Below, in pieces: positions 48,387-59,168 of a stretch of DNA of 64,000 nucleotides. Both the position numbers and the translations under genes were made by a program. This DNA is from Prevotella sp. (GTDB lineage: Bacteria > Bacteroidota > Bacteroidia > Bacteroidales > Bacteroidaceae), in NCBI GenBank assembly GCA_045617965.1, contig JAZLJQ010000014.1:21443-85442 (forward strand). Reading direction: 5' to 3'. Position 1 is the stretch's first letter. Every line of letters begins with the position of its first letter. The notes beneath the pieces were generated by a model. The model saw only the letters and a program-made list of their open reading frames with translations. It did not search any database and was not told where the DNA came from.

Positions 48387-50186
48387 ATGGGAAAGTTTAA
48401 AAGAAAAGCAGGGAAAAAATTGACATATAAAGAGCTTGCCATCAGGTTGCAAGATGTGTTTATATGTCATCAGGATAACACACTCTCGTTGAAGAATGTC
48501 TTTCGCAAGGCGAAGTTGGAGACACATCCACAAAAAATGCTCGCCATCGATATTCTCGATGAGATGGTAAGGAGTGCATTTTTAGAGCGAAAGGCAGAAA
48601 ATAAATACACTCTGTCAGACAAATATATACAAGTAATGACAGATAAGGAGGCACGAAAAAGGGCTAAACGATTTGGTGTGGTCGGAGAAAGAAAAGATGA
48701 TGATATAGTGATGAATGCCATCCTTGAAGAGTTCGGACTGCCTTATAGATATCCACAAAAAGTGGAAAAAACAGCTGAGGAGATAGATGCCACAATAACA
48801 GAAGAAGATATTCGTCAACGTGAAGATTTTCGTAATGTCCTCACCTTTACAATAGACCCAAAAGATGCAAAGGACTTTGATGATGCCCTATCGCTTCGTA
48901 TGCTCTCTGACGAATTATGGGAAGTAGGTGTACACATTGCAGACGTGTCACACTATGTGATGCCAGACTCCATCATTGACCATGAAGCGCAGAGGCGGGC
49001 TACGAGCATTTATCTCGTTGACCGCACTATACCAATGTTGCCCGAACGCCTTTGTAATTTCATCTGCTCTTTACGTCCAAATGAAGAAAAGCTCACATAT
49101 AGTGTAATATTCACACTTGATGCCGAAGGACAAGTAAAAAACTGGCGACTTGTACATGCTATAATAAAAAGTAATCGTAGGTTTGCATACGAAGAAGTGC
49201 AAGAAATGCTTGAGGGCAAGGAGGGAGATTATGCAGACGAACTACGCATCTTGAATCAACTGGCGAAAAAGATACGTGAACGCCGATTCCAAAATGGTGC
49301 TGTCAAATTCCGCTCGGAAGAATTGAAATTTGACCTTGACAAAAATGGACATCCTACAAAGGTTTATTATAAGGTGCCAACAGACGCAACGGAACTAATA
49401 GAAGAGTTTATGCTATTGGCCAATCGTACCGTTGCCGAAAGTGTGGGCAAAGTGAAACGCGGACAGCACAAAAAAGTATTGCCTTATCGTGTTCACGAAC
49501 AACCCGATGAGGAAAAAATGCAGAATCTTCGCGATTTTATCGTGCGTTTTGGATATAAACTGAAGACCGCAGGTACAAAGGGACAACAAGCCCGAAGCCT
49601 AAACAAACTCATGGATGACTGCGCTGGAAAGGGCGAACAGAAACTCATTGAGAACATCGCTTTGCGAGCGATGATGAAGGCAAAGTATTCAACAATAAAC
49701 ATAGGGCATTTTGGGCTAGCATTTGAGTGTTATACTCATTTTACATCACCAATACGGCGTTATCCGGATATGATGGTACATAGGCTGTTGACACATTATC
49801 AAAATGGAGGCAAAAGTGCCGACCAGGAATACTATGAAATGCAATGCGAACATAGTAGCGAGATGGAGTTACTTTCTATACAAGCAGAGCGCGCGAGCAT
49901 CAAATATAAAGAAGTAGAATTCCTTGCCGACAAAATAGGTGAAACATTTGATGCACATATCAACGGAATAACAGAATATGGCATATACTGCACCATAGAT
50001 GAAAATCATTGCGAAGGAATGATAGCAATGCGTGAACTCAAAGATGACTATTATGACTTTGATGAGAAGAATTATTGTCTTGTTGGCAAACGTACTAACA
50101 GAAAGTTCTCGCTTGGCGATGCAACAAAAGTGATTGTGATACGCGCTAATCTCGAAAAAAGGCAAGTAGATTTCACTATGGCTTAA
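48387..50186 (+). CDS. rnr: Ribonuclease R (short form)
   Basis: TIDPKDAKDFDDALS, VHIADVSHYV, IEEFMLLAN, HFTSPIRRYPD and a C-terminal S1 domain. Promoter TATATTTG at 48370-48377. Confidence 0.92.
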   Translation: MGKFKRKAGKKLTYKELAIRLQDVFICHQDNTLSLKNVFRKAKLETHPQKMLAIDILDEMVRSAFLERKAENKYTLSDKYIQVMTDKEARKRAKRFGVVGERKDDDIVMNAILEEFGLPYRYPQKVEKTAEEIDATITEEDIRQREDFRNVLTFTIDPKDAKDFDDALSLRMLSDELWEVGVHIADVSHYVMPDSIIDHEAQRRATSIYLVDRTIPMLPERLCNFICSLRPNEEKLTYSVIFTLDAEGQVKNWRLVHAIIKSNRRFAYEEVQEMLEGKEGDYADELRILNQLAKKIRERRFQNGAVKFRSEELKFDLDKNGHPTKVYYKVPTDATELIEEFMLLANRTVAESVGKVKRGQHKKVLPYRVHEQPDEEKMQNLRDFIVRFGYKLKTAGTKGQQARSLNKLMDDCAGKGEQKLIENIALRAMMKAKYSTINIGHFGLAFECYTHFTSPIRRYPDMMVHRLLTHYQNGGKSADQEYYEMQCEHSSEMELLSIQAERASIKYKEVEFLADKIGETFDAHINGITEYGIYCTIDENHCEGMIAMRELKDDYYDFDEKNYCLVGKRTNRKFSLGDATKVIVIRANLEKRQVDFTMA

Positions 50187-50213
50187 AACAACAAAAACCA
50201 GATAAATACTTTA

Positions 50214-51143
50214 ATGCTTGATAAGAAACACCTTTTTTTGCGCTTTACACTAATTTTGATCTGCATGGTGCAGATGGTTAGTGTGTGCGGTAAGGAAAGA
50301 TTGTGGAATGCAAATAATATTAATATTCCTTATCTCCAAGACCGAACAAAATATGTTTGCAATCCGGATGGGGTGCTTTCTGAAACGATTGTTGACAATT
50401 GCAATTCTCTTTTACACAGTCTTGAAGATTCTACTACAGTTCAAATGATTGTCGTGGTGGCAAAACGTGCCGAAAGTGGCGATGCATACGAATTAGGCAT
50501 GAGTATAGGCCGCAAATACAAGATAGGACAAAAGGATACTAGCAATGGATTAATTGTAGTATTACTGACCGAAGATCGTTCTTATCATATACTGACAGGG
50601 TATGGAATGGAGGCTGTATTGCCAGATGCAATATGCAAAAGAATAGAAAATCAAATAATGGTGCCCCTATTGAAAGAAGGACAATGGGATGAAGCCATTA
50701 TAAACACTTGCAACACACTTTGTTCATATATCAAAAAAGACCCAAGCGTTGTGAGCAAATATAATGAGGATGATGATGGTATCGTCGTGGCAATGGTGGT
50801 GTTTGTGCTGTTTATTATCATTATGCTTATTGCAACTTTTGTTACGGAACACAAGAAATGTTCATATTGTGGCAAACGAAGCCTAAAGGTGATAAGTCGC
50901 ACAAAGACTAAAACACAAAACAGAACGACTATTATACATACCATTTACCAATGCACAAACTGTGGCAAACAAAGCAAAGATGATATGGAAATGGGCGGTC
51001 CAAGGAATAATTCGGGCAACAATATCTTCATTTTCCCAGGCCTCTTTGGTGGTAGCCGAGGTGGCGGATTTGGTGGCGGCATCACAGGAGGTACCTTTGG
51101 TGGTGGTGGATTTGGTGGAGGTGGCGCAGGAGGAAGATTCTAA
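50214..51143 (+). CDS. TPM-domain protein with TM helix, zinc ribbon and Gly-rich tail
   Basis: YVCNPDGVLS, TGYGMEAVLPDA, CSYC...CTNC, FGGGGFGGGGAGGRF. Confidence 0.88.
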   Translation: MLDKKHLFLRFTLILICMVQMVSVCGKERLWNANNINIPYLQDRTKYVCNPDGVLSETIVDNCNSLLHSLEDSTTVQMIVVVAKRAESGDAYELGMSIGRKYKIGQKDTSNGLIVVLLTEDRSYHILTGYGMEAVLPDAICKRIENQIMVPLLKEGQWDEAIINTCNTLCSYIKKDPSVVSKYNEDDDGIVVAMVVFVLFIIIMLIATFVTEHKKCSYCGKRSLKVISRTKTKTQNRTTIIHTIYQCTNCGKQSKDDMEMGGPRNNSGNNIFIFPGLFGGSRGGGFGGGITGGTFGGGGFGGGGAGGRF

Positions 51144-51232
51144 TCGTTTTGGTATGGGAAAAGTCAAACATGAAGAACACAAACCTGCTTTAGCTTTTGA
51201 CAATAGTCAGGCTTTAGCATAAAAATAATTTT

Positions 51233-51814
51233 ATGAAAAAATCAATTATTATTGTTATTATCGTTGTGGTAGTAGCTTTATTTTGGAGTGTAAACCTTTA
51301 TAATGGTTTTGTAAATCAAGATGAAAGTGTGAAAAAGAGTTGGGCAAATGTAGAAGCTCAATATCAACGCCGTTCGGATCTCATCCCTAATCTAGTAAGT
51401 ACGGTGAAAGGATATGCAAAACATGAAAAAGAAACATTTACACAAGTCATTGAGGCGCGTTCAAAAGCTACACAGATAACTGTAGATCCTCAAAACTTAA
51501 CTCCCGAAAAAATGAAAGAATTTCAAAATGCACAGGGCGAGATCACAACTGCTCTTGGACGCTTGATTGCTATCGGTGAAAACTATCCGCAACTTAAGGC
51601 TAGTGAGAATTTCTCGGAATTGCAAGCACAACTTGAAGGCACCGAAAATCGTATCAACGAAGCTCGCCACAATTATAATGAAGCGGTAAATAACTACAAC
51701 GTAAAGGTGCGCCAATTCCCGGCAAACATCATTGCAGACATTTGTGGTTTTGATGAAAAAGCACCATTCGAAGCTACAGAAGGAGCAGAAAAAGCACCTG
51801 AAGTAAAATTCTAA
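51233..51814 (+). CDS. lemA: LemA family protein
   Basis: YQRRSDLIPNLV, ENYPQLKA, LEGTENRI. Confidence 0.95.
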   Translation: MKKSIIIVIIVVVVALFWSVNLYNGFVNQDESVKKSWANVEAQYQRRSDLIPNLVSTVKGYAKHEKETFTQVIEARSKATQITVDPQNLTPEKMKEFQNAQGEITTALGRLIAIGENYPQLKASENFSELQAQLEGTENRINEARHNYNEAVNNYNVKVRQFPANIIADICGFDEKAPFEATEGAEKAPEVKF

Positions 51815-51825
51815 ACAATAGTATA

Positions 51826-51858
51826 ACAAAAGCGGGTGCTCACGGCATCCGCTTTTGT
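51826..51858. terminator. Bidirectional intrinsic terminator (lemA/upp)
   Basis: ACAAAAGCGGGTGC-TCACG-GCATCCGCTTTTGT. Confidence 0.8.
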
Positions 51859-52116
51859 GTTCTTTATGCTATCAAAGGAAGGAGTACAAAATCGAAAGAT
51901 TATTCTATAAATTAGTCCACTTCATGCCTCTTTCTTATTAACTTTATCTTTCGCTGTTGCAACTAATATATCGGCTCTTCTTTTTTCAAATCTCAGCAAT
52001 TGAAGCAACATTTATTTTTCGCTTAATAATTTTTTTATAGATGTTAAGGATAGTAAAACTCGGATGGCATTTGCTTTGCGTCAATTCAAAAATAATTTTA
52101 ATAAATAAACAATCTT

Positions 52117-52767
52117 TTATTCTTTCTCACCATAGAGAAGATCTCCAGCATCACCAAGGCCTGGAACAATGTAAGACTGCTCGTTGAGCTGTTCGTCAAC
52201 GGCAGCACAATAGATTTCTGTATCGTCAGGCAAGAACGTTTCCAAATAATCAAAAGCAGGACGAGCCGCAATGACAACAGCAACGATAACGCGTTTTGGT
52301 GTACCTTTCATCATTAATGCTTTATAGGCATTTTCAAGACTTTTACCTGTCGCAAGCATTGGGTCAATAATTATGAGAGTCTTATCATCAAGGTGGGGTG
52401 AAGCGAGATATTCAGAACAGACTTCAATACTACCATCTGGAGCATATTTGCGATAAGCAGACACAAAAGCATTTTCAGCACCATCAAAAATCTCTAGAAA
52501 GCCATTGTGGAAAGGTATGCCGGCACGAAGAATTGTACTTAAAACAATTTTGTCGCTCGGACACATCTGTGTTGCAACCCCCAAAGATGTATGCACCTGA
52601 CGTAATTCGTAATCAAGCGTTTTACTTATCTCGTAGGCTAAAGCATGGGCAATTCTTCTAATATTTGTGCGAAAACGAATGCGGTCTTTTTGAATGTTAC
52701 AGTCACGCAACTCTGTAATATATTGATTAATTATTGTCTTCTCGAGACTAAAATCCTTTAATTTCAT
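52117..52767 (-). CDS. upp: Uracil phosphoribosyltransferase
   Basis: ILRAG, IDPMLATG, YIVPGLGDAGD. Start taken at MKLKDF. Confidence 0.95.
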   Translation of the reverse strand: MKLKDFSLEKTIINQYITELRDCNIQKDRIRFRTNIRRIAHALAYEISKTLDYELRQVHTSLGVATQMCPSDKIVLSTILRAGIPFHNGFLEIFDGAENAFVSAYRKYAPDGSIEVCSEYLASPHLDDKTLIIIDPMLATGKSLENAYKALMMKGTPKRVIVAVVIAARPAFDYLETFLPDDTEIYCAAVDEQLNEQSYIVPGLGDAGDLLYGEKE

Positions 52768-52781
52768 AATAAATTTTTCAG

Positions 52782-52819
52782 CAAAGATACTAAAATTTCT
52801 AAAAAAATAATTACCTTTG
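52782..52819. promoter_or_regulatory. Divergent overlapping promoters upp/pckA
   Basis: TATCTTTG on the minus strand at 52782-52789 and TACCTTTG on the plus strand at 52812-52819. Confidence 0.6.
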
Positions 52820-52868
52820 TGCTTTTGATAACGGAGAAATAAATAACCAGTAAAAACATAATAAAGGT

Positions 52869-54473
52869 ATGACAAAACTTGATTTGGCAAAGTATGGTAT
52901 TACAGGCGTTACTGAAATTGTCTATAATCCAACATGGGAAGAATTGTATAACGAAGAAATGAAGCCAGAACTGACAGGCTATGATAAAGGTCAGGAAACA
53001 GAACTCAAAGCTGTAAATGTCATGACCGGCATTTACACCGGTCGTTCCCCTAAAGACAAATTTCTCGTTTATGATGAGACATCAAAAGACACAGTTTGGT
53101 GGACGACTCCGGAATATCCTAACGATAATAAGAAATGTAGCGAAGAGTCTTGGGCAGAGTTGAAGAAGCTTGCTATTGAAGAGCTTTCAAACAAAAAGCT
53201 TTATGTAGTTGATGGTTTCTGTGGGGCAAACAAGGACACGCGCATGAAAGTACGTTTCATCATGGAAGTTGCGTGGCAGGCACATTTCGTAAAGAATATG
53301 TTCATCCGTCCTATTAATCAAGAAGAACTTGATCAAGAGCCGGACTTCGTTGTTTATAATGCATCTAAAGCAAAGGTTACGAATTATAAAGAATTAGGTC
53401 TTAACTCAGAAACTGCTGCAGTTTTCAATGTTACAAGTAAAGAGCAAGTAATCATTAATACTTGGTATGGTGGTGAGATGAAGAAAGGTTTGTTCTCAAT
53501 GATGAACTATTTCCTACCTCTTAAGGGAATAGCAGCAATGCACTGTTCTGCCAATACAGATATGAATGGAGAGAATACTGCCATCTTCTTTGGCCTTTCC
53601 GGGACAGGTAAGACTACACTTTCTACGGACCCTAAGCGTCTGCTTATCGGTGATGACGAGCACGGATGGGACGATAATGGTGTCTTTAACTTTGAAGGTG
53701 GTTGCTATGCAAAGGTCATTAATCTTGATGCAGAAGCAGAGCCAGACATATACAATGCTATTAAGCGCGATGCATTGCTAGAAAATGTTACTGTTGACGA
53801 AAATGGTAAGATTGATTTCGCAGACAAGAGTGTTACAGAGAATACTCGCGTCTCTTATCCTATCCATCATATTGAGAAGATAGTAAAGCCAATCTCTCAT
53901 GGTCCTGCAGCAAAGAATGTTATATTCCTTTCAGCAGATGCATTCGGCGTATTGCCTCCTGTAAGCATTCTTACAGCTGAACAATGTAAATACTATTTCC
54001 TTTCAGGATTTACAGCAAAATTGGCTGGAACAGAGCGTGGCATCACAGAGCCTACTCCTACATTCTCGGCTTGTTTCGGTCAGGCATTTCTTGAATTGCA
54101 CCCGACAAAATATGCAGAGGAGTTGGTAAAGCGCATGGAACAGAGTGGTGCAAAGGCTTATCTTGTAAATACAGGTTGGAATGGTACGGGTAAGCGTATA
54201 TCAATAAAGGATACACGTGGTATTATTGATGCAATCCTTGATGGGAGTATCAAGAACACTCCTACTAAACAGATTCCTTTCTTTGATTTTGAAGTGCCAA
54301 CACAACTCCCAGCTGTTGACCCTGCAATCCTTGACCCTCGCGATACTTATACTGACGTAGCAATATGGGAAGAGAAGGCTAAAGATCTTGCAAGCCGTTT
54401 CATAAAGAACTTCAAGAAATACGAATATAATGAAGCTGGCAAGGCACTTGTTTGTGCCGGCCCAAAGCTTTAA
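52869..54473 (+). CDS. pckA: Phosphoenolpyruvate carboxykinase (ATP)
   Basis: [43 protein letters not shown]. Confidence 0.98.
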   Translation: MTKLDLAKYGITGVTEIVYNPTWEELYNEEMKPELTGYDKGQETELKAVNVMTGIYTGRSPKDKFLVYDETSKDTVWWTTPEYPNDNKKCSEESWAELKKLAIEELSNKKLYVVDGFCGANKDTRMKVRFIMEVAWQAHFVKNMFIRPINQEELDQEPDFVVYNASKAKVTNYKELGLNSETAAVFNVTSKEQVIINTWYGGEMKKGLFSMMNYFLPLKGIAAMHCSANTDMNGENTAIFFGLSGTGKTTLSTDPKRLLIGDDEHGWDDNGVFNFEGGCYAKVINLDAEAEPDIYNAIKRDALLENVTVDENGKIDFADKSVTENTRVSYPIHHIEKIVKPISHGPAAKNVIFLSADAFGVLPPVSILTAEQCKYYFLSGFTAKLAGTERGITEPTPTFSACFGQAFLELHPTKYAEELVKRMEQSGAKAYLVNTGWNGTGKRISIKDTRGIIDAILDGSIKNTPTKQIPFFDFEVPTQLPAVDPAILDPRDTYTDVAIWEEKAKDLASRFIKNFKKYEYNEAGKALVCAGPKL

Positions 54474-54487
54474 TTCTATAATAGTTC

Positions 54488-54519
54488 AAAAAAGGGAGCC
54501 ACAAAGGCTCCCCTTTTTT
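54488..54519. terminator. Bidirectional intrinsic terminator after pckA
   Basis: AAAAAAGGGAGCC-ACAAA-GGCTCCC-CTTTTTT. Confidence 0.85.
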
Positions 54520-54567
54520 GTCTAAAATCTGTTTTTTGTTTGAAGAAAAGGTGACACGCAAAGTGGT

Positions 54568-54885
54568 TCAATACCAACCCTCGTCGTCATTAGCTTCCAT
54601 AAAACGTGACATTCCGTTGTCATCCATATCATCTTCTGATACAGGATCAAAGTGGCGCATATTGTCGTCATCGTTATCATTATGATTTGACGATGAAGAT
54701 GAGGGAAGGGTTGTTTCCATTTCCTTATCTTCTACATTTGAATTCTCTTCAACCGCTATGGTATCATTATTACAAAAACTAGTGGAATTATAGTTGTAGA
54801 GATCCGATGAGCCTTTCTCTTTTTGTCCACACGAGACTAAACATAATAGTGTGAAAACAATATAAGATAATATGATCTTTTTCAT
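54568..54885 (-). CDS. Small hypothetical lipoprotein with acidic C-terminus
   Basis: Lipobox LVSC and a tail FDPVSEDDMDDNGMSRFMEANDDEGWY. Overlaps the upstream SDR stop. Confidence 0.65.
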   Translation of the reverse strand: MKKIILSYIVFTLLCLVSCGQKEKGSSDLYNYNSTSFCNNDTIAVEENSNVEDKEMETTLPSSSSSNHNDNDDDNMRHFDPVSEDDMDDNGMSRFMEANDDEGWY

Positions 54886-55901
54886 AAAAGAGTCTGTTTT
54901 GCTTGTTCCAAAGTGTTAATAACATGATCGCACCAAGCATCAAATTCAAAGTCTTCTTCTTGCAATTCTTTATTAGACAAGATATGGTCAATAACTAAAC
55001 GCACACCCTGATCAAAACGCATTGTTGCAACAAATCCCGGCACGGCATGTTTCAATTTTGTATTATCAAAAATGACAGTATTCGCTTTGTCCCCAATGAG
55101 ATTTTCTTCAAGTTCATATTGCTTGCCTACTGTGGCAAGAAAATCAGAAGATATATGATAAGCCTTCAACTCAACACCAAGAACATCAGCAATAATTTTA
55201 TGTATTTGATTCCAAGTGAGATTTTCATCACTAGTAATTTGAAATATTTCGCCAATAGCATGAATGTTGCCCATCAACCCTACAAATGCTTTTGCAAAGT
55301 CTGTATTGTGGGTGAGAGTCCAAAGTGAAGTCCCATCACCAGGAATTATAATTGGTTTGCCATCAAGCATACGCTTTAATACTTGCCATGAACCTTTTTT
55401 ACCATGAATAGCTACCGGTACAGCGCGTTCACAATAAGTGTGGCTCGGACGAATGATAGTGATAGGGAAGCCTTCTGCGCGAAACTGTTGCAAAAGTAAT
55501 TCCTCACAAGCAATTTTGTTTCGAGAATATTCCCAATGAGTGTTTTTTGTCGGAGTTCCCTCAGTAATATAAGGCGAGGACAACGGCTTTTCGTATGCAG
55601 AGGCAGAACTGATGTATATATATTGATGAGTGCGTCCGCTAAATAGCCGAATATCACGCTCTATTTGTTGTGGAACAAATCCAATGAAATCACAAACAAC
55701 ATCAAACTGCATCCCATCAATAAGCCGCTTTACTGTTTGCTCATCATTAATATCAGCAATGAGATTATGCACCCCTATGGGCACTTCATCAATATGTGTA
55801 CCACGATTGAGTAAATATAGTTCCCATTCTGGCATCTGTGCTACAAAACGCGTTATGGCCGAACTGATAATTCCTGTGCCACCAATAAATAATGCTTTCA
55901 T
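54882..55901 (-). CDS. NAD-dependent epimerase/dehydratase (atypical SDR)
   Basis: GGTGIIS, LNRG, YISSASAY, YSRNK, IRPSHTY. Confidence 0.88.
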   Translation of the reverse strand: MKALFIGGTGIISSAITRFVAQMPEWELYLLNRGTHIDEVPIGVHNLIADINDEQTVKRLIDGMQFDVVCDFIGFVPQQIERDIRLFSGRTHQYIYISSASAYEKPLSSPYITEGTPTKNTHWEYSRNKIACEELLLQQFRAEGFPITIIRPSHTYCERAVPVAIHGKKGSWQVLKRMLDGKPIIIPGDGTSLWTLTHNTDFAKAFVGLMGNIHAIGEIFQITSDENLTWNQIHKIIADVLGVELKAYHISSDFLATVGKQYELEENLIGDKANTVIFDNTKLKHAVPGFVATMRFDQGVRLVIDHILSNKELQEEDFEFDAWCDHVINTLEQAKQTLL

Positions 55902-55998
55902 GTAAAATAATAATATTTAAGTTGTGATTTGTGAAAATGAGAAATTATAATCATAATTATCTCAATCAAAAATTTTTCAAATAACTAGAGCCTAATGC

Positions 55999-56820
55999 CT
56001 ATGAATTCAAGTATGATTTTACATAATCAACACTTGCAATATACTCTTCATCGCTAGAGAGATGCTCAATAATCATTGGCATATTGGAGGTCTCTTTTGT
56101 TGCAAGTTCTATATATTTACGAATGTTCAACGAGCCTTGACCGCATGCGCATTCCTCAAGTTGAAATGTGTATTCCTCTTTAAGACGGATGTCTTTCAAG
56201 TGGCAACTACAGATAGTTCCCTTCAACTTGACGAAACATTCTTCTAAAAATTCATCATTAAAGAAATAACGCCTTGGAGAGGTTATCATATTCACAATAT
56301 CAAGGTGTGTGCCAAACTGAGAACGATTAACATCTTTTATTAATTGTAAGTATTCATTAGGAGAGCTTGGAATCATCCAAGGCATAGACTCTATACAGAA
56401 CTTTGTATGTATTGGTTGTGCAGTATCAATAATTTCTTGAATCATTTCTACTGCCATATTCCAGAGTTCCCTACTAAAATTCTCTCTGTATCCACCATCC
56501 CAACGAGGGCCATAAGGTGTGCCTACTACATTCACACAACATACTGCCCCTATCTTATCTGCCATACGAAGCTGCCCGACAGCATAGTTAATCCACTTTT
56601 TTCGTTCTATTTGATCAGCAGCTAGTGTGTTGCGCCAAATGCCAACTTCTGCTATTGTGAGTCCAACTTCATCGGCAGCATTTTTGTATGCCATAAAGAT
56701 ATCTTTTCCTGCCATGAAATCAACAGGAAAATTTACACACTTCAATCCAAGTGATTTGTGCTTTTGTGCCCATTCTTTTGGCGAATGATGAGAAAGTGAT
56801 GATGAAATGCCAAGCAACAT
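55999..56820 (-). CDS. Sugar phosphate isomerase/epimerase (xylose-isomerase-like TIM barrel)
   Basis: Metal-site pattern IESM, HLDIVN, CHLKD, IIEH. Confidence 0.82.
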   Translation of the reverse strand: MLLGISSSLSHHSPKEWAQKHKSLGLKCVNFPVDFMAGKDIFMAYKNAADEVGLTIAEVGIWRNTLAADQIERKKWINYAVGQLRMADKIGAVCCVNVVGTPYGPRWDGGYRENFSRELWNMAVEMIQEIIDTAQPIHTKFCIESMPWMIPSSPNEYLQLIKDVNRSQFGTHLDIVNMITSPRRYFFNDEFLEECFVKLKGTICSCHLKDIRLKEEYTFQLEECACGQGSLNIRKYIELATKETSNMPMIIEHLSSDEEYIASVDYVKSYLNS

Positions 56821-57704
56821 TAAAAATTCCTCCTATGAATAACTGACGAATCCATTTCGTCAAGATTTTTTACTCCTGTTCGCGCCATGATACCAGCTAA
56901 CTCAGCTGTCATTTCATTTATTCGATTGGCAACGGCATCTGCTCCCTTATGGAGAAATGGAATCAAATGCCTACCTACAGATACAGCCTTTGCTCCCAAC
57001 GCAAGGCATTTATAAGCATCTGCACCACTTTCTATACCACAATCTACAAAGATGTCCAAATATTTGCCTACGGCTGAAACAATGTCTTCGATAAGCATAA
57101 GAGGTGCTACGGAATATGGCATCATTCCATGGTGATGAGAAATGACAATACCTGCACATCCTACTTCGGCACATTTTTTAGCATCTTTTACGCTCAATAC
57201 TCCTTTTACAATGAAAGGTACTTTTGTTGCTTTCACAAAGTCCGCAATCTCAACTTGCGATTTTGCTTTCATTTTCAGTCCCAAAACCTCATCATATCCT
57301 CCGCAAGCATTGAAGGCATGGTCAATATCCATTCCAACAGCTATACAACCATTTTGAGTAGCATGCTCAATCTTGTGCAATATTTCTGCATTGTCGGAAT
57401 GTGGTTTTATGATTTTTATTGTTTTGGCTCCTGTTGAAACGATAGTTTTAAGCTCTTCTTCACTTCCCATTCCAACCCAATGCATAGCACCAGCTTGATT
57501 TGCACCTTTGGCGTAAATAGTCATCCCATTAGGTGTTGTATTACCTAAATGTGACAATGCTGCGGTCATTATTGGTGTGCGAAACTCTTGTCCAAATATT
57601 GTTACCTTTGTCGATGGTAATGACGAATCTATATACCGAGTTTCTAATAGTAACGAGTCAAAATAATCGCGGGTTATTTGATCGGATGATGAACTGTATT
57701 GCAT
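56820..57704 (-). CDS. FMN-dependent alpha-hydroxy-acid dehydrogenase family protein (divergent)
   Basis: TPIMTAA, PFIVKGVLS..DA, GIVISHHHG, VDCGI.SG.DAYK.LALGA..V.VGR. Confidence 0.82.
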   Translation of the reverse strand: MQYSSSSDQITRDYFDSLLLETRYIDSSLPSTKVTIFGQEFRTPIMTAALSHLGNTTPNGMTIYAKGANQAGAMHWVGMGSEEELKTIVSTGAKTIKIIKPHSDNAEILHKIEHATQNGCIAVGMDIDHAFNACGGYDEVLGLKMKAKSQVEIADFVKATKVPFIVKGVLSVKDAKKCAEVGCAGIVISHHHGMMPYSVAPLMLIEDIVSAVGKYLDIFVDCGIESGADAYKCLALGAKAVSVGRHLIPFLHKGADAVANRINEMTAELAGIMARTGVKNLDEMDSSVIHRRNF

Positions 57705-57746
57705 GATTGTGAGTTATAAAATCTAAATATGTGAGACCTAAGACAC

Positions 57747-59168
57747 TTAATTATTTTCCCTTCTTTTCTTGGCTTCTATTTCATAATTTATTTCATCCAT
57801 CTTTTTATCAGTAAGTTCATATTTACTTATAATGAATATGCCAAGAAGCAATAACAAAGCAGGTACTATAGTCACAAGCCAAAGTATTCCTTGTTCAGCA
57901 AGAGCTGACTGTGTAGGTGTCTTTGCATTAAAGCCTACCCAAACGAGTACAAATCCCGGTATTACACCCCCAAGCGCCATTCCTGCCTTGAAAAATAGGC
58001 TTGTTAGAGCATTTACAATTGCTGAGATTCTACGTCCTGTGTTATATTCGCCAAAGGTCACAACTTCAGGCACTAAAGCCCACATGTATCCAGTGGCAAC
58101 GATAACACCTGTACTTTTGACAAATTGTGCCACACAAAGTAACCAAAAGATAGATTTTGTAGTGGGAATAGTCACGAATATGTACATCATTATCATTCCG
58201 ATAATGGCAACAGACAAGAATACATTGAACATACCCTGCTTCCCTATTTTTCGTTTTATTGATGGCACTAGTGGCATGAATATAAATGCTGGTATTGTTC
58301 CCAACCACATAAAGATAGTTGTCATAAATGTATTGGCACCAATGTTATACGACATAAAATAAGAATCAGCAGCGTTGCTGACGCTCATCATTGTGAATGC
58401 AGTGATGAAGAAAAAAGCTAATACCCTCAATGGTTTATTACGCAGAAATTCCATCCAAACATCGCTCACCTTTACATTATTTGCTTCTGCCTTGTCCATT
58501 ACAACTTTTTCTTTAGTTTCTGAAAAACAATAGATAAGAAGAACTAGACCGCCAATGGCAAAAATACTTATTGTCGCAAACCATGCGTCGCTAGCCTCGG
58601 GTATATTATATTTCGCTACCAATTCTCCTGTCTTTTCATCAAGTACTTTTGGTGCGAATAATGCAATTACTAGTGGAAGTGTTTTTACTACAAGTGCAGC
58701 AAAATTGGCAAAAATCATTCGTACGCTTGTAAGAATTGTTATCTCATGTGTATCGCGTGTAAGCGAAGAGTTAAGCGCACCATAAGGTACGCCTACAAGT
58801 GTATTGCACATGCTCAAACCGACATAAGTAATATAGGCATATAAGAGCGAGCCACTAAATCGATTCCAAAAGCAAAGCATAGCAAATCCAACAAGCGGAA
58901 TACCACCAAGTATTAACCAAGAACGATATTTTCCCCATTGAGGGTTTGACTTATCAATAAATGTTCCGACAACAGGATCCCAAATGACATCAATGATTCT
59001 TACCACAAGAAACATTATCGTGGCATCACGAGGTGTTAAACCGTAGACATTTGTATAGAAAAACAATAGCCAAATGCTGATGGTTTGATAAATGACATTT
59101 TGTGCCAAGTCGCCCGAACAAAAACTAATACGCTCGCGCCAAGAAAGTTTATAGCATCCGTCAATCAT
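57747..59168 (-). CDS. MFS glycoside-pentoside-hexuronide:cation symporter
   Basis: GDLAQN, FFYTNVYGL, RIIDVIWDPVVG..ID, WGKYR, VPYGAL, about 12 TM helices. Confidence 0.92.
   Translation of the reverse strand: MIDGCYKLSWRERISFCSGDLAQNVIYQTISIWLLFFYTNVYGLTPRDATIMFLVVRIIDVIWDPVVGTFIDKSNPQWGKYRSWLILGGIPLVGFAMLCFWNRFSGSLLYAYITYVGLSMCNTLVGVPYGALNSSLTRDTHEITILTSVRMIFANFAALVVKTLPLVIALFAPKVLDEKTGELVAKYNIPEASDAWFATISIFAIGGLVLLIYCFSETKEKVVMDKAEANNVKVSDVWMEFLRNKPLRVLAFFFITAFTMMSVSNAADSYFMSYNIGANTFMTTIFMWLGTIPAFIFMPLVPSIKRKIGKQGMFNVFLSVAIIGMIMMYIFVTIPTTKSIFWLLCVAQFVKSTGVIVATGYMWALVPEVVTFGEYNTGRRISAIVNALTSLFFKAGMALGGVIPGFVLVWVGFNAKTPTQSALAEQGILWLVTIVPALLLLLGIFIISKYELTDKKMDEINYEIEAKKRRENN

Noticed and set aside
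51047-51143. GGT-rich low-complexity tract
   Set aside because: This is the normal Gly-rich tail of TPM-domain proteins.
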